Shown piece after piece: positions 1-13,278 of a stretch of 64,000 nucleotides of DNA. A program made the translations under genes and the position numbers. This stretch comes from Octopus vulgaris (Eukaryota), in NCBI GenBank assembly GCA_951406725.2, contig OX597814.1, forward strand, positions 12,400,001 to 12,464,000, read 5' to 3'. The notes under the pieces are model-generated. The model did not search any database. It was not told the origin of the DNA and saw only the letters and a program-made list of their open reading frames with translations. Every line of letters starts with the position of its first letter. Position 1 is the stretch's first letter.

Positions 1-94
1 GTCAGCAGGATTTGAAATAGATTGTACATAGCCGGAGTGAATAATATAAAGCCGACGGTCTAGACAATGTGCAATCCACCGTTTTAATTACACG

Positions 95-135
95 TGCATA
101 TATATATGCATACATGTACATAGCGACAGTTATAT

Positions 136-206
<71 letters not shown>

Positions 207-490
207 ACATATATCATAAACACACACACGCACATATGTATACACACATACACACAAAACACACACATATACATATATACATAAATGTACATACCGGCAG
301 TTATATATATATATATAATACACACACACGCATATATGTATACACAAATACACCTACATACACACAATACACACATATATACATACTTGTACATATACAT
401 ACATATATGCACATACATATAAATATAACACACACATACATACACGCAGAAGCACACATACACACATATACACACACTCATACACATGTT
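95..490. repeat. Compound (TA)n/(CA)n microsatellite
   Basis: Pure TA run at about 143-192, followed by mixed CA/TA low-complexity sequence. Confidence 0.95.
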
Positions 491-939
491 AAAAGGAAAC
501 ATTCTTTTCATTACTCCGTACTGACGGATTGCTGTTGGATAAATATCTTAATATTGATATTATTTTGTTTTGGGAGAGGTTGTTGAACTTATGGAATATG
601 ATATTGACGCCATTTCCAAGTTGTTTACAACGGAAAAAAGAGGTGGGGCGAGGATAACTGAACCAGAAAGAAAGAGAGATAGACTGACTGAATGCCAAAA
701 TATTGGGGTTAAAGAATAAGACGAGAAACCGGGTTACATAGAGTAAGATATAGAAGCGGACAGTAAGAAGTCGCAGTTATGAGGAAAATCACCCACACGA
801 GAAATAGGGGTTACTCCTCTAAATATGCTGACGCGTATGTCTTTATTTGCACGTAGGCCAACAAAGGGGCTATACGTGTTTTTTTTTTGTTTCCTACAAA
901 TGACACTGAAATCCCTTTCAGTAAATATATATATATATA

Positions 940-1240
940 ATAACAATATTAGGGAGTAAATCCAAACTTACAGGGAAAAATTAGATTTAGGATTAAATCT
1001 AATTTTACAGTATAAATATATATATTAAATTAGAGATAAAACCACTAATGTGACCTCGTGTGTACCGTTGGCGATTTTTTTCCTCTGTCTTCTCTTCTCT
1101 GGATCTTTCCTTCTCCTATGTTTCCAACGAAGAGCTCCGTTCGAAACGTTAAACCCTCCTTCTTTCCTGAGCGTCCAATAATACTATATTTGTTCCACGT
1201 CCTCGCGTTGTTGTGTTTTTTTGTGCTTTCTTGTTTGGAT

Positions 1241-1245
<5 letters not shown>
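940..1245 (+). mobile_element. Probable Penelope-like pseudo-LTR fragments between (TA)n runs, with a decayed hammerhead-like motif
   Basis: 1120-1154 reads gttt-CCAACGA-agagctccgttc-GAAA-cgt-TA-aac, a hammerhead topology with a mutated core. 1027-1047 (aaattagagataaaaccacta) has a reverse-complement relative at about 57643-57663. Confidence 0.45.
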
Positions 1246-1850
<605 letters not shown>

Positions 1851-2078
1851 AGGTTTGGAGATGATGTACAGGTATTATATATTAGAAAAAATGAGGTAAT
1901 CAGATCGGATGGTTCATATTTATAGATATTTATTTATATATTACATTTTTTACATATATATCATATCATTCAGATCATATCATTCGGATTAGCGCTTTCT
2001 CCCAATCGAGTGGGCTTTTCAAATCAAATCAATTCCTTGTGGGTAATTTGAACATTTTATAGTTTCGTAGTAGTGGAA

Positions 2079-2236
2079 GAACTACGCAAAATACCACTAA
2101 GCACACACCTAGCTACATGTGGAGAAGGAAAATTTAAGATATTTCCCTTCTACAATGTCCGAAGAACGACACCTCCTTCAGGAGGAATATGGAAAAACAT
2201 TTCATAGCTAAGTTCTCCCCCAAATTAAATGGCTGA
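2079..2236 (+). pseudogene. Penelope GIY-YIG endonuclease C-terminal fragment (one frameshift near 2155)
   Basis: Manual translation ELRKIPLSTHLATCGEGKFKIFPFY / CPKNDTSFRRNMEKHFIAKFSPKLNG* shows the H...R...E..I....P.LN pattern that ends GIY-YIG domains. Confidence 0.75.
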
Positions 2237-3090
2237 AACTTTACTCAACATACATTGAAGGACAAAGTTTTCGATTTACAATATGATACAGTGGAACATT
2301 TAATATATGTGTGTATATATATAGGTATGTGTGTGTATGTTACCTGTTATATACACTATATTGTTTTTGCAACTTACTTGATCTTTACTTGCCAATTGTC
2401 ATTCTAATTTTAACCTTCCTATGATATACAATTTTCAAGATGGTGTAACTTGATTGTTCATTTTGATTCGATAGAAGGTGGATTTTTCTCTAATATTTCA
2501 TGTGTAAGCATGTATATATATATATATATATAGTGACATTGAAGGACACATCTTTCGATTTACAATCTAATATAGTAGAACATTTAGGATATGTCTGTAT
2601 GTATATGTGTGTATATATATATATATATCTGTGAGTGTATAGATATGTGTATTGCCTGTTATATACATTATATTATATTATTATCTTTATAATTTACTTC
2701 CATCTTTACCCTTTAATTGTCACTTTAATTTTAATTTTCCTATGATATACAATTTTCAAGATGGTGTAATTTGGTTATTCATTTTGAACCGATAAAAAGG
2801 TTTTTTTCAAATATTTTATGTATAAGTCTGTGTGTGTATATATATATATGTATTGGTATAAATATCAACACACAAAAATATTTTTTTCTTCTCCACTTCC
2901 TCCCTTATTTTTATTTATTTTTTATTTATTTTTTTATATTTTATTTTTTATTTTTTTATTTTTTATTTTTGTTTTAATTATTTTTTATTTTTATATTTAT
3001 TTTTATTTTTATTTTCCCTTTTCTCTTTCTTTCTCTCTCTCCTTCTCCAAACACACAGAGACACACACACACGCACACAAAAACACACAC

Positions 3091-3126
<36 letters not shown>

Positions 3127-3314
3127 CCACAAAACGATCATAGAAAGTGTGACCCCAAATGACATTTGTCCGGCCAGCCTACGCACAACACACACTCAGT
3201 GACACGAGACTGGACAGAGAGCAGAGCCAAATTTCTTAGAAAACCACAGGAGGTCCAGTAGGCCAACGGAATAACAATACTTCTTCTTCCCTATCAGATA
3301 CAAATGCACACACA

Positions 3315-3357
<43 letters not shown>

Positions 3358-3467
3358 ATACACACATGTTTTCTCTGTCTCACTTCCTCTTCACCCTTTT
3401 ATACTGTCTTATTCCTCCCCACCACAACTACGAAACTATAAAATGTTCAAATTACCCACAAGGAATT

Positions 3468-3506
3468 GATTTGAAAAGCCCACTTGATTGGGAGAAAGCG
3501 CTAATC
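3468..3506 (+). ncRNA. Minimal type I hammerhead ribozyme candidate, U3-A8 core variant (mirror copy on minus strand at about 1988-2026)
   Basis: gat-TTGAAAA-gcccacttgattggga-GAAA-gcgc-TA-atc: stem I gat/atc, stem II ccca/tggg, palindromic stem III AGCGCT. Confidence 0.5.
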
Positions 3507-3643
3507 CGAATGATATGATCTGAATGATATGATATATATGTAAAAAATGTAATATATAAATAAATATCTATAAATATGAACCATCCGATCTGATTACCTC
3601 ATTTTTTCTAATATATATATATATACATACATACACACACACA

Positions 3644-3850
3644 CGGTAGTCCCTCAGCATATCGCGGTTCATCATTTAAGCTTACGTCGATTTCTCCGTA
3701 GTGTTGTTTTGCATTTATAATAAAATAAATACATACAAGTTATAAAAATAATATTTATAAATACAGTACAATACTGTTTCTACATCGCGGATTTTCACCT
3801 ACCGCGGGTTTTTTTAGAACGTTACCTCCGCGATAGTCGAGGAATTACTG
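3644..3850. mobile_element. Tigger/pogo-like MITE
   Basis: Imperfect terminal inverted repeats cggtagtccctc..tatcgcgg and ccgcgatagtcgaggaattactg. The same right end recurs at about 42262-42291. Confidence 0.65.
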
Positions 3851-4269
3851 AATACATATGTTGTGTATTTTATATCGAGATTAAAGAACAATTTTAATAC
3901 CGTTCATTATAAGTTTCCATCTGGTTAGTTATTGACTTATTGAATTTCTGACACAGAGAATGACAAGGTGTTCTCCCCCTAAATCAGGAGACTTAGAGCT
4001 TCTGGAAATTGCTACACCTGCTAGAGATAGCACACAAATCTCTCTCAAAAAACTTACTAACCTTTTGAAACAGGAATGTAACATTGTGTAATAGTCCGTT
4101 TAATCACTAAAAATACGGCATGCTTTCGGATTCAATAACGTTCACCAAATTACCGATTCGGGACTAAACAAAATCAACAGCAAACGCACAGTAAGGAGAT
4201 CCAACTCCAGTAATACAACATGCTACTCAGAGAAAACGGAAGGCCGCACTAAATAATGTAGTCTGAGGT

Positions 4270-4458
4270 AAAAAGAAAAGGGTGTCGTGAAAACCCTTTC
4301 AATATTCTCGAGTTCTTTTACAGAGCCTAGAAAAACTGAAGGACTGCTGCAATAAGTGTGTGAATCTGAGAAGAGAAGATGTTGACTAAAATTGTAATTA
4401 ACTGATCCTGCTATATTTTCTTTCACTCAAAGCCAGGAACGTTTCAGCATCCCTCGTA
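4270..4458. mobile_element. Mariner-derived MITE (partial)
   Basis: Reverse-complement homolog of 13723-13927; ends in aaagccaggaacgtttcagcatccctcgTA. Confidence 0.6.
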
Positions 4459-4754
4459 TATATACACATATATATGGCATTTGATCTTTGTAACATGATG
4501 TAATAAAGTGCTCCCCTGATGATCCGTTGTCGTTCAGCACTCAATAGCTCAACCAAATCAGATGTTGCAAATAAGCACAACGGGGAAACATATGCAGGGA
4601 ACAAATAATATAAACTTCTGTTTATCATGATGTCTCCTACATTTGGTCAATATGTCATAATTAATCAGTCATAATACTGAGTACAGTTGTAACCACACCA
4701 TACACTGGAAACAAATTAACTGATGATACTCTACACGAAGCTCTAAACTCACCA

Positions 4755-4843
<89 letters not shown>
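4755..4843. repeat. (TATC)n microsatellite, 5' flank of the Tx1 element
   Basis: Perfect tetranucleotide array. Confidence 0.97.
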
Positions 4844-4844
<1 letters not shown>

Positions 4845-7369
4845 GAGTTGAGGGTGAGCTAGTTAAGAAGCTAGAAGAGGCAATTAGAAGCGGCATCGCA
4901 TCCGACGTTTTGGCGGCGAGGTTGGCCCTCGACCAACACTTCAACGCCAAACACGAAGGATGTGCTGTCAGAGCTAGGATGCGTGCTCTAAGGAACGAAG
5001 GTGTTGGAGCCGCGAGAGAGGCCCGGGTGGCAGAGGCGCAACAGGGCAACAAAGCCACCATTCGGTCCCTGGTAGATGAACAGGGGCGCGAATTGCTCGA
5101 GCCAAGTAAAATGTGTGAGGCCTTTCAGCAGCATTTTGCCCGACTGTTCGGGACGAGTGGAGGGCAAGAACGTAGGGTAGACTTCAGTGCCTACCTACAT
5201 AGCCTACCACGACTCTCGACAAGAAAGGCAGGGTGCTGCGAAGGTGCCATCACGGCGGCGGAAGTGCAGGAGGCGATGGCAGAATGCTCGAGGGACAAAT
5301 CACCGGGTTTGGATGGTCTACCCTACGAGCTTTACAATTGTATGCCAGACTTGTTTGGAGATCTCTTGGCGGCGGTGTACTGCAACTGGCAGCAAAACGG
5401 GAGCATTCCTGGTTTTGTGAGCCGAGGAGCCGTAACACTGCTGAAGAAAGATCTAAACAAGGGAAATGTAATAGATAACTTTAGGCCCATCACTCTGCTT
5501 AATGCAGACTTGAAAATTTTGGCCAAGGTGTTAGCCAAGAGGTTGGCGCTTGTCATCGAGAAACTGGTCGACAGGGCGCAAACATGCGCCGTGCCGGGCC
5601 GGACCATCCATGACAACCTCCACCTGATGCGCTACATCATAGACAGGGTAGTTAACGAACCTGGCATGGGTGGGGCGCTGATCAATTTGGATCAATCGAA
5701 AGCTTTCGATAAGGTAGACCATCGATACTTGGAGGCGGTCCTCAGAGCGGCAGGCTTCGGTCCCGTCTTCCGCGGCTGGATAGCCGCTTTGTACAGAGGC
5801 ATCCGTTCGGTAATTCGCGTAAATGGACATCTATCGAGACCCTTCGACATCGCACGTTCGGTCCGTCAGGGATGCCCCCTCTCGTCGCTTCTATACGTAT
5901 TGACTCTCGAGCCATTATTGCGGAAGCTGGCAACTTTGAGGGGCATCCCGCGAGAACTGGGATGCGGGACGAGCGTGTCTGCATACGCGGACGACGTCAC
6001 CGTCATAGTGTCTAGCCACGAGCACATCGAGCAGGTCGGCGAGACACTGAAAAACTACGAAGCGGTGACAGGAGCGAAAATCAACCGGGAAAAGTCAGTG
6101 GGCTTGCGACTAGGCACCTGGAGAAGCAAGCCCATGCCGTCCACCAGCGCCTCCATCGTGGGACGCTGGACCGACGGCCCGGTTGAGTTGCTCGGGGTCT
6201 GGTTTGGTCCGGACCTCCAAGTGGAGAAGAACTGGAACGAGATAACGAGTAGGGTGGTCACTCTCGCCCGGCAATGGGCCGAGAGGAAACTGTCCCTAAA
6301 AGGTCGGGCGGAGGTGGCGAACACGTACATCGCGTCCGTCATCTACTACCGCCTGACCGTCGTACCTTGTCCCGACCCTACCATCACCAAACTACAACGC
6401 ATTCTCTTTCGCTTCTTGTGGAAAGGATGCGTCCCGATGGTCAGGCGATCCATTTGCTGTCAACACCCGCTAAAAGGAGGGCTGGGCATGCCGTGGTTGA
6501 TGATGCGCAGACACGCGCTGAGACTGCGACATCTCTGGCTCTATGTAGACGACGGTGAACAGGTGTGGTCGCCGTTTGTGAGGCACGCTTTCCCGCAGCT
6601 CGTCTCCATGACCGAACTGCAGTCGTGGATCAAAAAGAGGCCGAGGAAGGGCGATTGGCACCGCGAGTGTCGCGTTGCTCTCAAGCGACTCTGCCGTCCC
6701 GGGTCGACCTTGAGTGACTTCAACACAACCAAAGCATTCTATAGGGGATTAGTGGAGGGGAGGTACGACGACGAGCTCGGGGCGAACCTGGACGTCGACG
6801 AGGAGTACCTGACCCGCCTGTTCAGGACGACTTTCGGGCCAGGGCCCATGGACAACTTCCAGAGATCCCTGGCCTGGCAGTGCTACCGAGAAGCGCTACC
6901 CGTTCGGGATAAGCTCTACAGACACGGCTCGAGAAACACGGGGCCGACCTGCCCGAGATGCGGTCAGAGCGACGAAACCGTTCTGCACGCACTCGTGCAG
7001 TGTCCAACAATTTCCGACCTGTGGGCTTATGTCGAACAACTGCTGTCACGTGTGGGACGAGTCGGTTTATCAGCTGAGTCTATCGTCAATATCGTCACGC
7101 CTCCTTCCTTCAAACGGGAAGGAAGAGCTATTTTCATCATCCTTGTGGCTATGGCGAAAGAATGTATCTGGTGGACGCGTCTGAAAGGATTGGAGACAAA
7201 CACTTTCCTCTCTGGTCAATCTCTCATCAACTTCTTCAAGTACCACTTGAAAAGGAAAGTGAGAGTAGAGAGGCAAGTTTTGTCTAGCGAATGTTTTAAA
7301 AAAAGATGGGTGAATGTAGCAAGGATGGCACGTATGAATGACGAAGCCACCTTGAGCATAATCCTATGA
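4844..7369 (+). CDS. ORF2 reverse transcriptase of the Tx1-like LINE (endonuclease domain lost by truncation; no true start codon)
   Basis: The frame is open from 4844. Motifs: KSPGLDGLPYELY, NFRPITLLNADLKILAK, LDQSKAFDKVDH, VRQGCPLS, AYADD, LSLKGRA, GGLGMP, and the C-terminal zinc knuckle CPRCGQSDETVLHALVQC. Confidence 0.93.
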
Positions 7370-7827
7370 ACCCAGAAATTGAAAACAGAGGGTTACCCAC
7401 TTGCAAACAAATGTGGTAACATAGAACAATATTGACCAAGGTTACCGTGGTCTTTTTCGTAGGCTTTTCTTCCCACGGATAAACCTTACTTGCTTTCCCT
7501 TTACACCATATATCATAACACTGTGATACACGATCCCTATTGATCGTTCTTTTTTTCCTCTTCCCCTTTTTTTCCCCTTTTTTCTTCTTTTTTCATTTCT
7601 CTTTCCTTTTGTTCCTTTTCCTTTTCTTTTTTTTCTTTTTATTCTTTTTATTTTATTCAATATTTTTTTATTTGTTCTTTTCTTCCCTTTTACGATCCCT
7701 CTTGATCGAAAACCTACGCCACCCCCTTTTTTTTCTTTTGTTTTTTGTTTTTTCATCCCCCAAAAGAAAAGCTCTACCTTGTAACTTGTCCCATCTGTGT
7801 GCAGCCCTGTGTGGCCAATAAAGAAAC

Positions 7828-7828
<1 letters not shown>
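4844..7828 (+). mobile_element. Tx1-clade (L1 group) non-LTR retrotransposon, 5'-truncated
   Basis: GC-rich island with a reverse-transcriptase ORF and a T-rich 3' UTR ending ccaataaagaaact; (TATC)n on both sides in the same orientation. Confidence 0.92.

Positions 7829-7917
<89 letters not shown>
7829..7917. repeat. (TATC)n microsatellite, 3' flank of the Tx1 element
   Basis: Perfect tetranucleotide array. Confidence 0.97.
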
Positions 7918-9075
7918 GTACAAACAGACTGCAAAGAAGCTGGTGTTGGTCTGCGACGGCAAGACTTATATAATATAGTAAAATCGATAAAGAGAATACA
8001 CTGAACTTGCTGTAAGGGCAAATAAAAAATCCACCATTTTGGACAATCCACCGTCTTCAAGGGAGAGGATAAAAAGGAGAGAAATTTATGAGACAACAGA
8101 ATATTACATGAAAAAAATACTGGCTGCAACTGAATTTCTCATGCCGCTTCTTGTTCATGCATGAAGCTCACGAAGGTCCTGCGTTCGTTGTCAGTTGAAC
8201 CCAGATTTTTTTCTTAGCTAAGAGGATGTAGAACTCAGCTGTCCTTTATTAATTTATCTCCTTTCAACTTTCTCTCTGAAGAAGGACTCTTTCCAAAGCG
8301 TTAGATTTCCACAGTTCCTCACAGCATGTTCACAGTATTCTTTTTATAGATATACACACACAAACACACATTTATAATGAATGCAGGTTCCCATAGGCAA
8401 ACGGAACGAAGATATACGAAACAAACGCATTATGCATAGCAGAGTTCAAGGTCAATCTGCACCAAGCGGCCTTACTCTGCACGCTTTAGCTTCGTTACTA
8501 TGGCAACAGTCTGGATACTTATTGATTAGATCACGTAAGTGGATTTAAAATTCTATCTTATTTAGGTTGTAAAAATCTAAAATTTTGAAAATGCTTAACT
8601 GTGTAGGTAATGAAGTTAAAGGTTTTATGTAAAGCTCGAGTATTTAATAATGTCCTGCGATGTTGCTCACATGCAGTAGAGCCGAAGAATAATGTTGAAA
8701 AAAAAGTGATGCAAAACCTGTATTAAAAAAGAAAGTGTAACTGTGATAAGGTGAACTTGTCTTGAGCGATAATTGGGCTGTTGAATATTTGAAACAAAAA
8801 TATGAACGTATGTTGAGTTTTAGAAGGATGAAAATGCAGAATCATTTTTCACGGGAAAATTAATAACGAGGTAAAAAATTGAGAGATCACGCTGTCTGAG
8901 ACTAAGATTGCGCTTTTAGTGTTGAGGAAGGAAATCTTTTATACTGTTAGAGAGATGTGTTGAGCGGATTGACTAAATCGTGTGTCTAATGAAATGCTTT
9001 TCAGTAATTCTTCTGAATGCAAATACCATTAGAATGAACTTTACGTTTCATTCCAGGATCGATAAAATAAATATA

Positions 9076-9306
9076 TATTTCTTACTACCCACAAAGGGCT
9101 AAACACAGAGGGGACAAGCAAGGACAGACAAACGGATTAAGTCGATTATATCGACCCCAGTGCGTAACTGGTACTTAATTTATCGACCCCGAAAGGATGA
9201 AAGGCAAAGTCGACCTCAGCGGAATTTGAACTCAGAACGTAGCGGCAGACGAAATACTGCTAAGCATTTCGCCCGGCGTGCTAACGATTCTGCCAGCTCG
9301 CCGCCT
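9076..9306 (-). mobile_element. SINE family A (tRNA head, Meta/MESC-like core, Tx1-like tail), full length, nested in an older SINE
   Basis: Head GGCGGCGAGCTGGCAGAA, B-box-like GAGTTCAAATTC, core GCCTTTCATCCTTTCGGGGTCGATAAA. 17-bp target-site duplication (TSD) caggatcgataaaataa at 9054-9070 and 9309-9325. Confidence 0.9.
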
Positions 9307-9432
9307 TTCAGGATCGATAAAATAAGTTAGATTGTAGGGTCGATGGCATCGACCAAATTCCAGGCTCAAAGTTGCTGGCTTTGTGCTCGAATCAGAAACT
9401 ATTTTTATCTGGATCCCCTTATGCGGCCTAGA

Positions 9433-9648
9433 CACGTTAGCACGCCGGGCGAAATGCTTAGCAGTATTTCGTCTGTCGTTACGTTCTGAGTTCAAATTCC
9501 GCCGAGGTCGACTTTGCCTTTCATCCTTTCGGGGTCGATAAATAAAGTACCAGTTACGCACTGGGGTAGATTTAATCGACTTAATCCGTTTGTCTTTCCT
9601 TGTTTGTCCCCTCTGTGTTTAGCCCCTTGTGGGCAATAAAGAAATATA
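9433..9648 (+). mobile_element. SINE family A, slightly 5'-truncated
   Basis: Near-identical to the other family A copies; ends gggcaataaagaaata. Confidence 0.9.
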
Positions 9649-10124
9649 TATTGCATGTTAGATTTAGTACAAGTTTCTGTCTAAGGTATAGATAGTATTC
9701 TAGCAAAGGAAATGGGTTTATTTGAGGTTCTAAAAGAGTTAACACGTAATTATGCTTAAGTATCTCGTTTTCCTGCAAAGATAGCTAGGATAGTTTTGTA
9801 GTTTTCACTATGTGAATTATGTGCGAATGAATGTTTGGCCACCATGAAGATTTTGTCAGAGATTTATTTGACTAAAATTTTCGTCTGTGTAATGACTTTA
9901 TCTCGGTCATGTTGATGATTTATTAATCATTTACAAAACTCGTGTTGTTAGTCTCTTTCGGTAAATACATGAGTCATAGTATTTTTGATGAAGAGTAATG
10001 TTGCCTTAAGATATCGTGCGGCAGCTGCGACGAAGTAAGAATTTCCACAGATCCCCACCCCATCACGCACAAACACACAAACAAACAAACACACAAACAT
10101 ACAAATAAACGAACACACAAACTA

Positions 10125-10155
<31 letters not shown>

Positions 10156-10337
10156 TACACACATTCAAAAGGTAACACGATTTATTTAAAACACAAAAAC
10201 ATCTTAACCCAGAGCTGATGTTCTTGTCTGACAGATTGAAACGTCAAATGAGAAATGCTTGACGGCAAGACGCCACGCACAGTCCACGCACATATGATCA
10301 TATATATGCACACGCACAGAAACACAGACACGAATAC

Positions 10338-10376
<39 letters not shown>

Positions 10377-10454
10377 CACACTTACACTCACACATACGTA
10401 CAAATACACAATCTATATATATGATTATATGCGTATGTTTATTAGTGTGTAGCA

Positions 10455-10600
10455 CCACCTTTTGCCGAAAAATGGACCCCAGGACTTATACTTTGTAAGC
10501 CTAGTACTTATTCTATCAGATCTTATGCCGAACCGCTAAATTATGGGGACGTAAATACACCAATATCGGTTGTCAAGCGATGGTGGGGGCAACACACACA
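10455..10600 (-). mobile_element. SINE family B, internal fragment
   Basis: Matches the reverse complement of about 13490-13630 (gccgaaccgctaa, cggttgtcaagc). Confidence 0.75.
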
Positions 10601-10635
10601 CACAAATACAAACACACAAATACAGACACACACAC

Positions 10636-10686
<51 letters not shown>

Positions 10687-10709
10687 GTACGCGCGCGCGT
10701 ATGTGTGTA

Positions 10710-10863
10710 AGCAAACGCCTAGACCAATGCCCCACAAACATCAACCCCGAAATACCAAATCTTCCCTCTCTATCTATGCACCGAAAACACTTCAACGCAA
10801 TTCCGTTTAAATAAGGAAAGGATACTCAATAAAAAATATAAACCACAGCTGAATATCCTTTAG
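10710..10863 (+). pseudogene. Second Penelope GIY-YIG endonuclease C-terminal fragment (one frameshift near 10749)
   Basis: Manual translation SKRLDQCPTNINP / KYQIFPLYLCTENTSTQFRLNKERILNKKYKPQLNIL* aligns with the 2079-2236 peptide (IFP.Y.C, FR, E, P.LN). Confidence 0.7.
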
Positions 10864-11054
10864 AAAGAAGAAAGAACACTAAAGAGAAAAAGGTAAAAAG
10901 GCTCAATTTCTCCACAAAAAAAAAAACCAACCAGATACAACAATGTTAAAAACTGTAGTAACAGTCTTCCACTCGCGTTTCGAAACCGCAACTCCAAATC
11001 ACCATATAATAACACCATGCAAACACTAGTTGCTGACGTCACGTAACGCTAGAC

Positions 11055-11255
11055 CAGTGCTGTTCAAACTTTTTGCTGGAGCGGAACCCGAAGGAAACAT
11101 TCCACTGGCTCGAGGAACCCTTGTGCAATAATTTAATAGTCTTATGCACACATATCTGCACAGGAGACTTAAAAATTACTGTCGATTTTAGCAGTTTTGT
11201 AACTTTTTGCGGAACCCCTGGACTGTACTGGCGGAACCCTGGTTGAAAACCACTG
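11055..11255. mobile_element. hAT (Charlie-type) MITE
   Basis: Ends CAGTGCTGTTCAAAC and GTTGAAAACCACTG; exact 8-bp TSD CGCTAGAC at 11047-11054 and 11256-11263; internal GGAACCC subterminal repeats. Confidence 0.9.
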
Positions 11256-11899
11256 CGCTAGACCAATGAAATTTTACCCCCGATCAAAACCGAACTTCAG
11301 AAAATATACCAAAATGACCCTATAAAAGAATCAACCAACTAGAACGGCTGATGACTGTTCCCCACAGGGACGCCAACCAGGCGGAACGACAAACTTGACC
11401 ACTAGAAAAACAAGACGTCGCCAGTACTTTAACGAATCAAAAATCAGGTCCGTTTGCGGAAAAAAAAATGTAAATACACCGGATTCCAATAAACGCCATT
11501 ACTAGCGAAAGTTCCTGCAAACGACAGAAAGGAAATCACAAAAACGGGAAACCAAACATCCTTTTTTGCTGTCTTCATTTTCCTCTTGTTTTTCTCCCTA
11601 TTATCTCGGTATGACTGAAACTTTGATGATATTCCTTTCTTGTCGATCACTACTAAAACTATTGAATTTTATGCATTTAAACAAGATGGTCCACAGTGTT
11701 TAAATTATTGACTGTTATCAACATTTTAACTTGTCAACATTGAAACTTTTGAACATCTTTTTCTAATTCATAATTCTAAATTTTTACCATCGATAGACAA
11801 AAAATATTGTGGAAACTAGTTTCGTATATATGTAAATAAATTTATTTAAAAACAATTACAAGTTTTTCAAATTTAGGTGAATTTTCAACAACAATTTCG

Positions 11900-11931
<32 letters not shown>

Positions 11932-11936
<5 letters not shown>

Positions 11937-12158
11937 CTTTACTACCCACAAGGGGCTAAACATAGAGGGGACAAACAAGGACAAACAAACGGATTAAGTC
12001 GATTACATCGACCCCAGTGCGTAACTGGTACTTAATTTATCGACCCCGAAAGGATGAAAGGCAAAGTCGACCTCGGCGGAATTTGAACTCACAACGTAAC
12101 GCAGACGAAATACGGCTACGCATTTCGCCCGGCGTGCTAACGTTTCTGCCAGCTCGCC
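11932..12158 (-). mobile_element. SINE family A
   Basis: Full-length copy with its tail abutting (TA)n. Confidence 0.9.
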
Positions 12159-12684
12159 ATGCTAGTATGTGTGTACGTACGTACGTATGTATGTATACAT
12201 ACATCCACACACATACATCCCCCAAAAAAGGTCAGAAAGGAAGGCAAATATGTGCGCGCACATGTGTTTATAAATATGGAAGCATCTTTCTATATTTGTG
12301 TACGAAATCTTATATATCAATCGACCTCTGCCCTCTGACATTGCTTCATCTGACGGCTACTCCAATATAACGAGTTGTAAATGTGCATAGTTCTCTTAGA
12401 GATCAGTAATAATCAATTTTGTAAAGTATCGCGATAAGATGCCAAATCATCTCTGATACAGATTGGGATCTGATTTAACTACTAGCTTGCAATGAGCATG
12501 TGAGTGCGAAAACTTACATACTCAAAATCACGTACGCGCGCAAACATAAACAATTATATGCTTACGTGCAAGTGTTGTGCATAAACATTTATGTATATTT
12601 ATATGAATATGTCCAAAGATGTGTAATTATACGTTTTTGCATATACACACAAATACGCACACACATATGTATTTGAGTGTGTGC

Positions 12685-12722
<38 letters not shown>

Positions 12723-12726
<4 letters not shown>

Positions 12727-12953
12727 TGTTGTTTGTTTTTTGTTTTTCCAGTTTCAGCTCTTGAGCTGTGGCCATGCTGGGGCACCGCCATTGTGGTGAA
12801 AGAGTACAGCAGGGATCACCACCCCCTGCCGGAGCCTCGTAGAGCTTTTTAGGTGTTTTCGCTCAATAAACACACACAACGCCCAGTCTGAGAATCGAAA
12901 CCGCGATCCTGCGACCGCGAGTCCGCTGCCCTAACCACTAGGCCATTGCGCCT
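12723..12953 (-). mobile_element. SINE family C (tRNA-Arg-like head)
   Basis: Minus strand reads GGCGCAATGGCCTAGTGGTTAGGGCAGCGGACTCGCGGTCGCAGGATCGCGGTTTCGATTC; a second copy lies at 34935-35177. Confidence 0.85.
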
Positions 12954-13278
12954 CTATATATATATATATCATGGATATCCTTGTTGCTTATTTAGATTTT
13001 AATCACCTTATTTTGAAATTGCATGGATAATACCGTACTAAATTCTGGTGCCTCAACTTAAGTACCATATTCATCTGAATCTAAATTTTTTACTGAACTC
13101 ATCTACCATACCTAGTATATATATATATATACTCGCACACACATGTATGCATGTGTATATGTGTGCGTGTGTATGTGTGCGCGCACGTGTGTGTTCATAT
13201 ATATATTCGAGGGGTGCTGAAAACTTCTTGGCTTTAAGGGTGTTGAACTGAACTCATTTACTATATCTAATATATATA

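Noticed and set aside
4834-7276. Short overlapping and antisense ORFs within the Tx1 element
   Set aside because: They are shadow ORFs expected in GC-rich coding DNA and show no independent motifs.
8271-8310. CTGAAGA-aggactctttcc-aaagcgtta hammerhead-like motif
   Set aside because: The GAAA box is broken; it is too degenerate to call, though it may be a relic. The same applies to motifs near 29970, 52610 and 59415.
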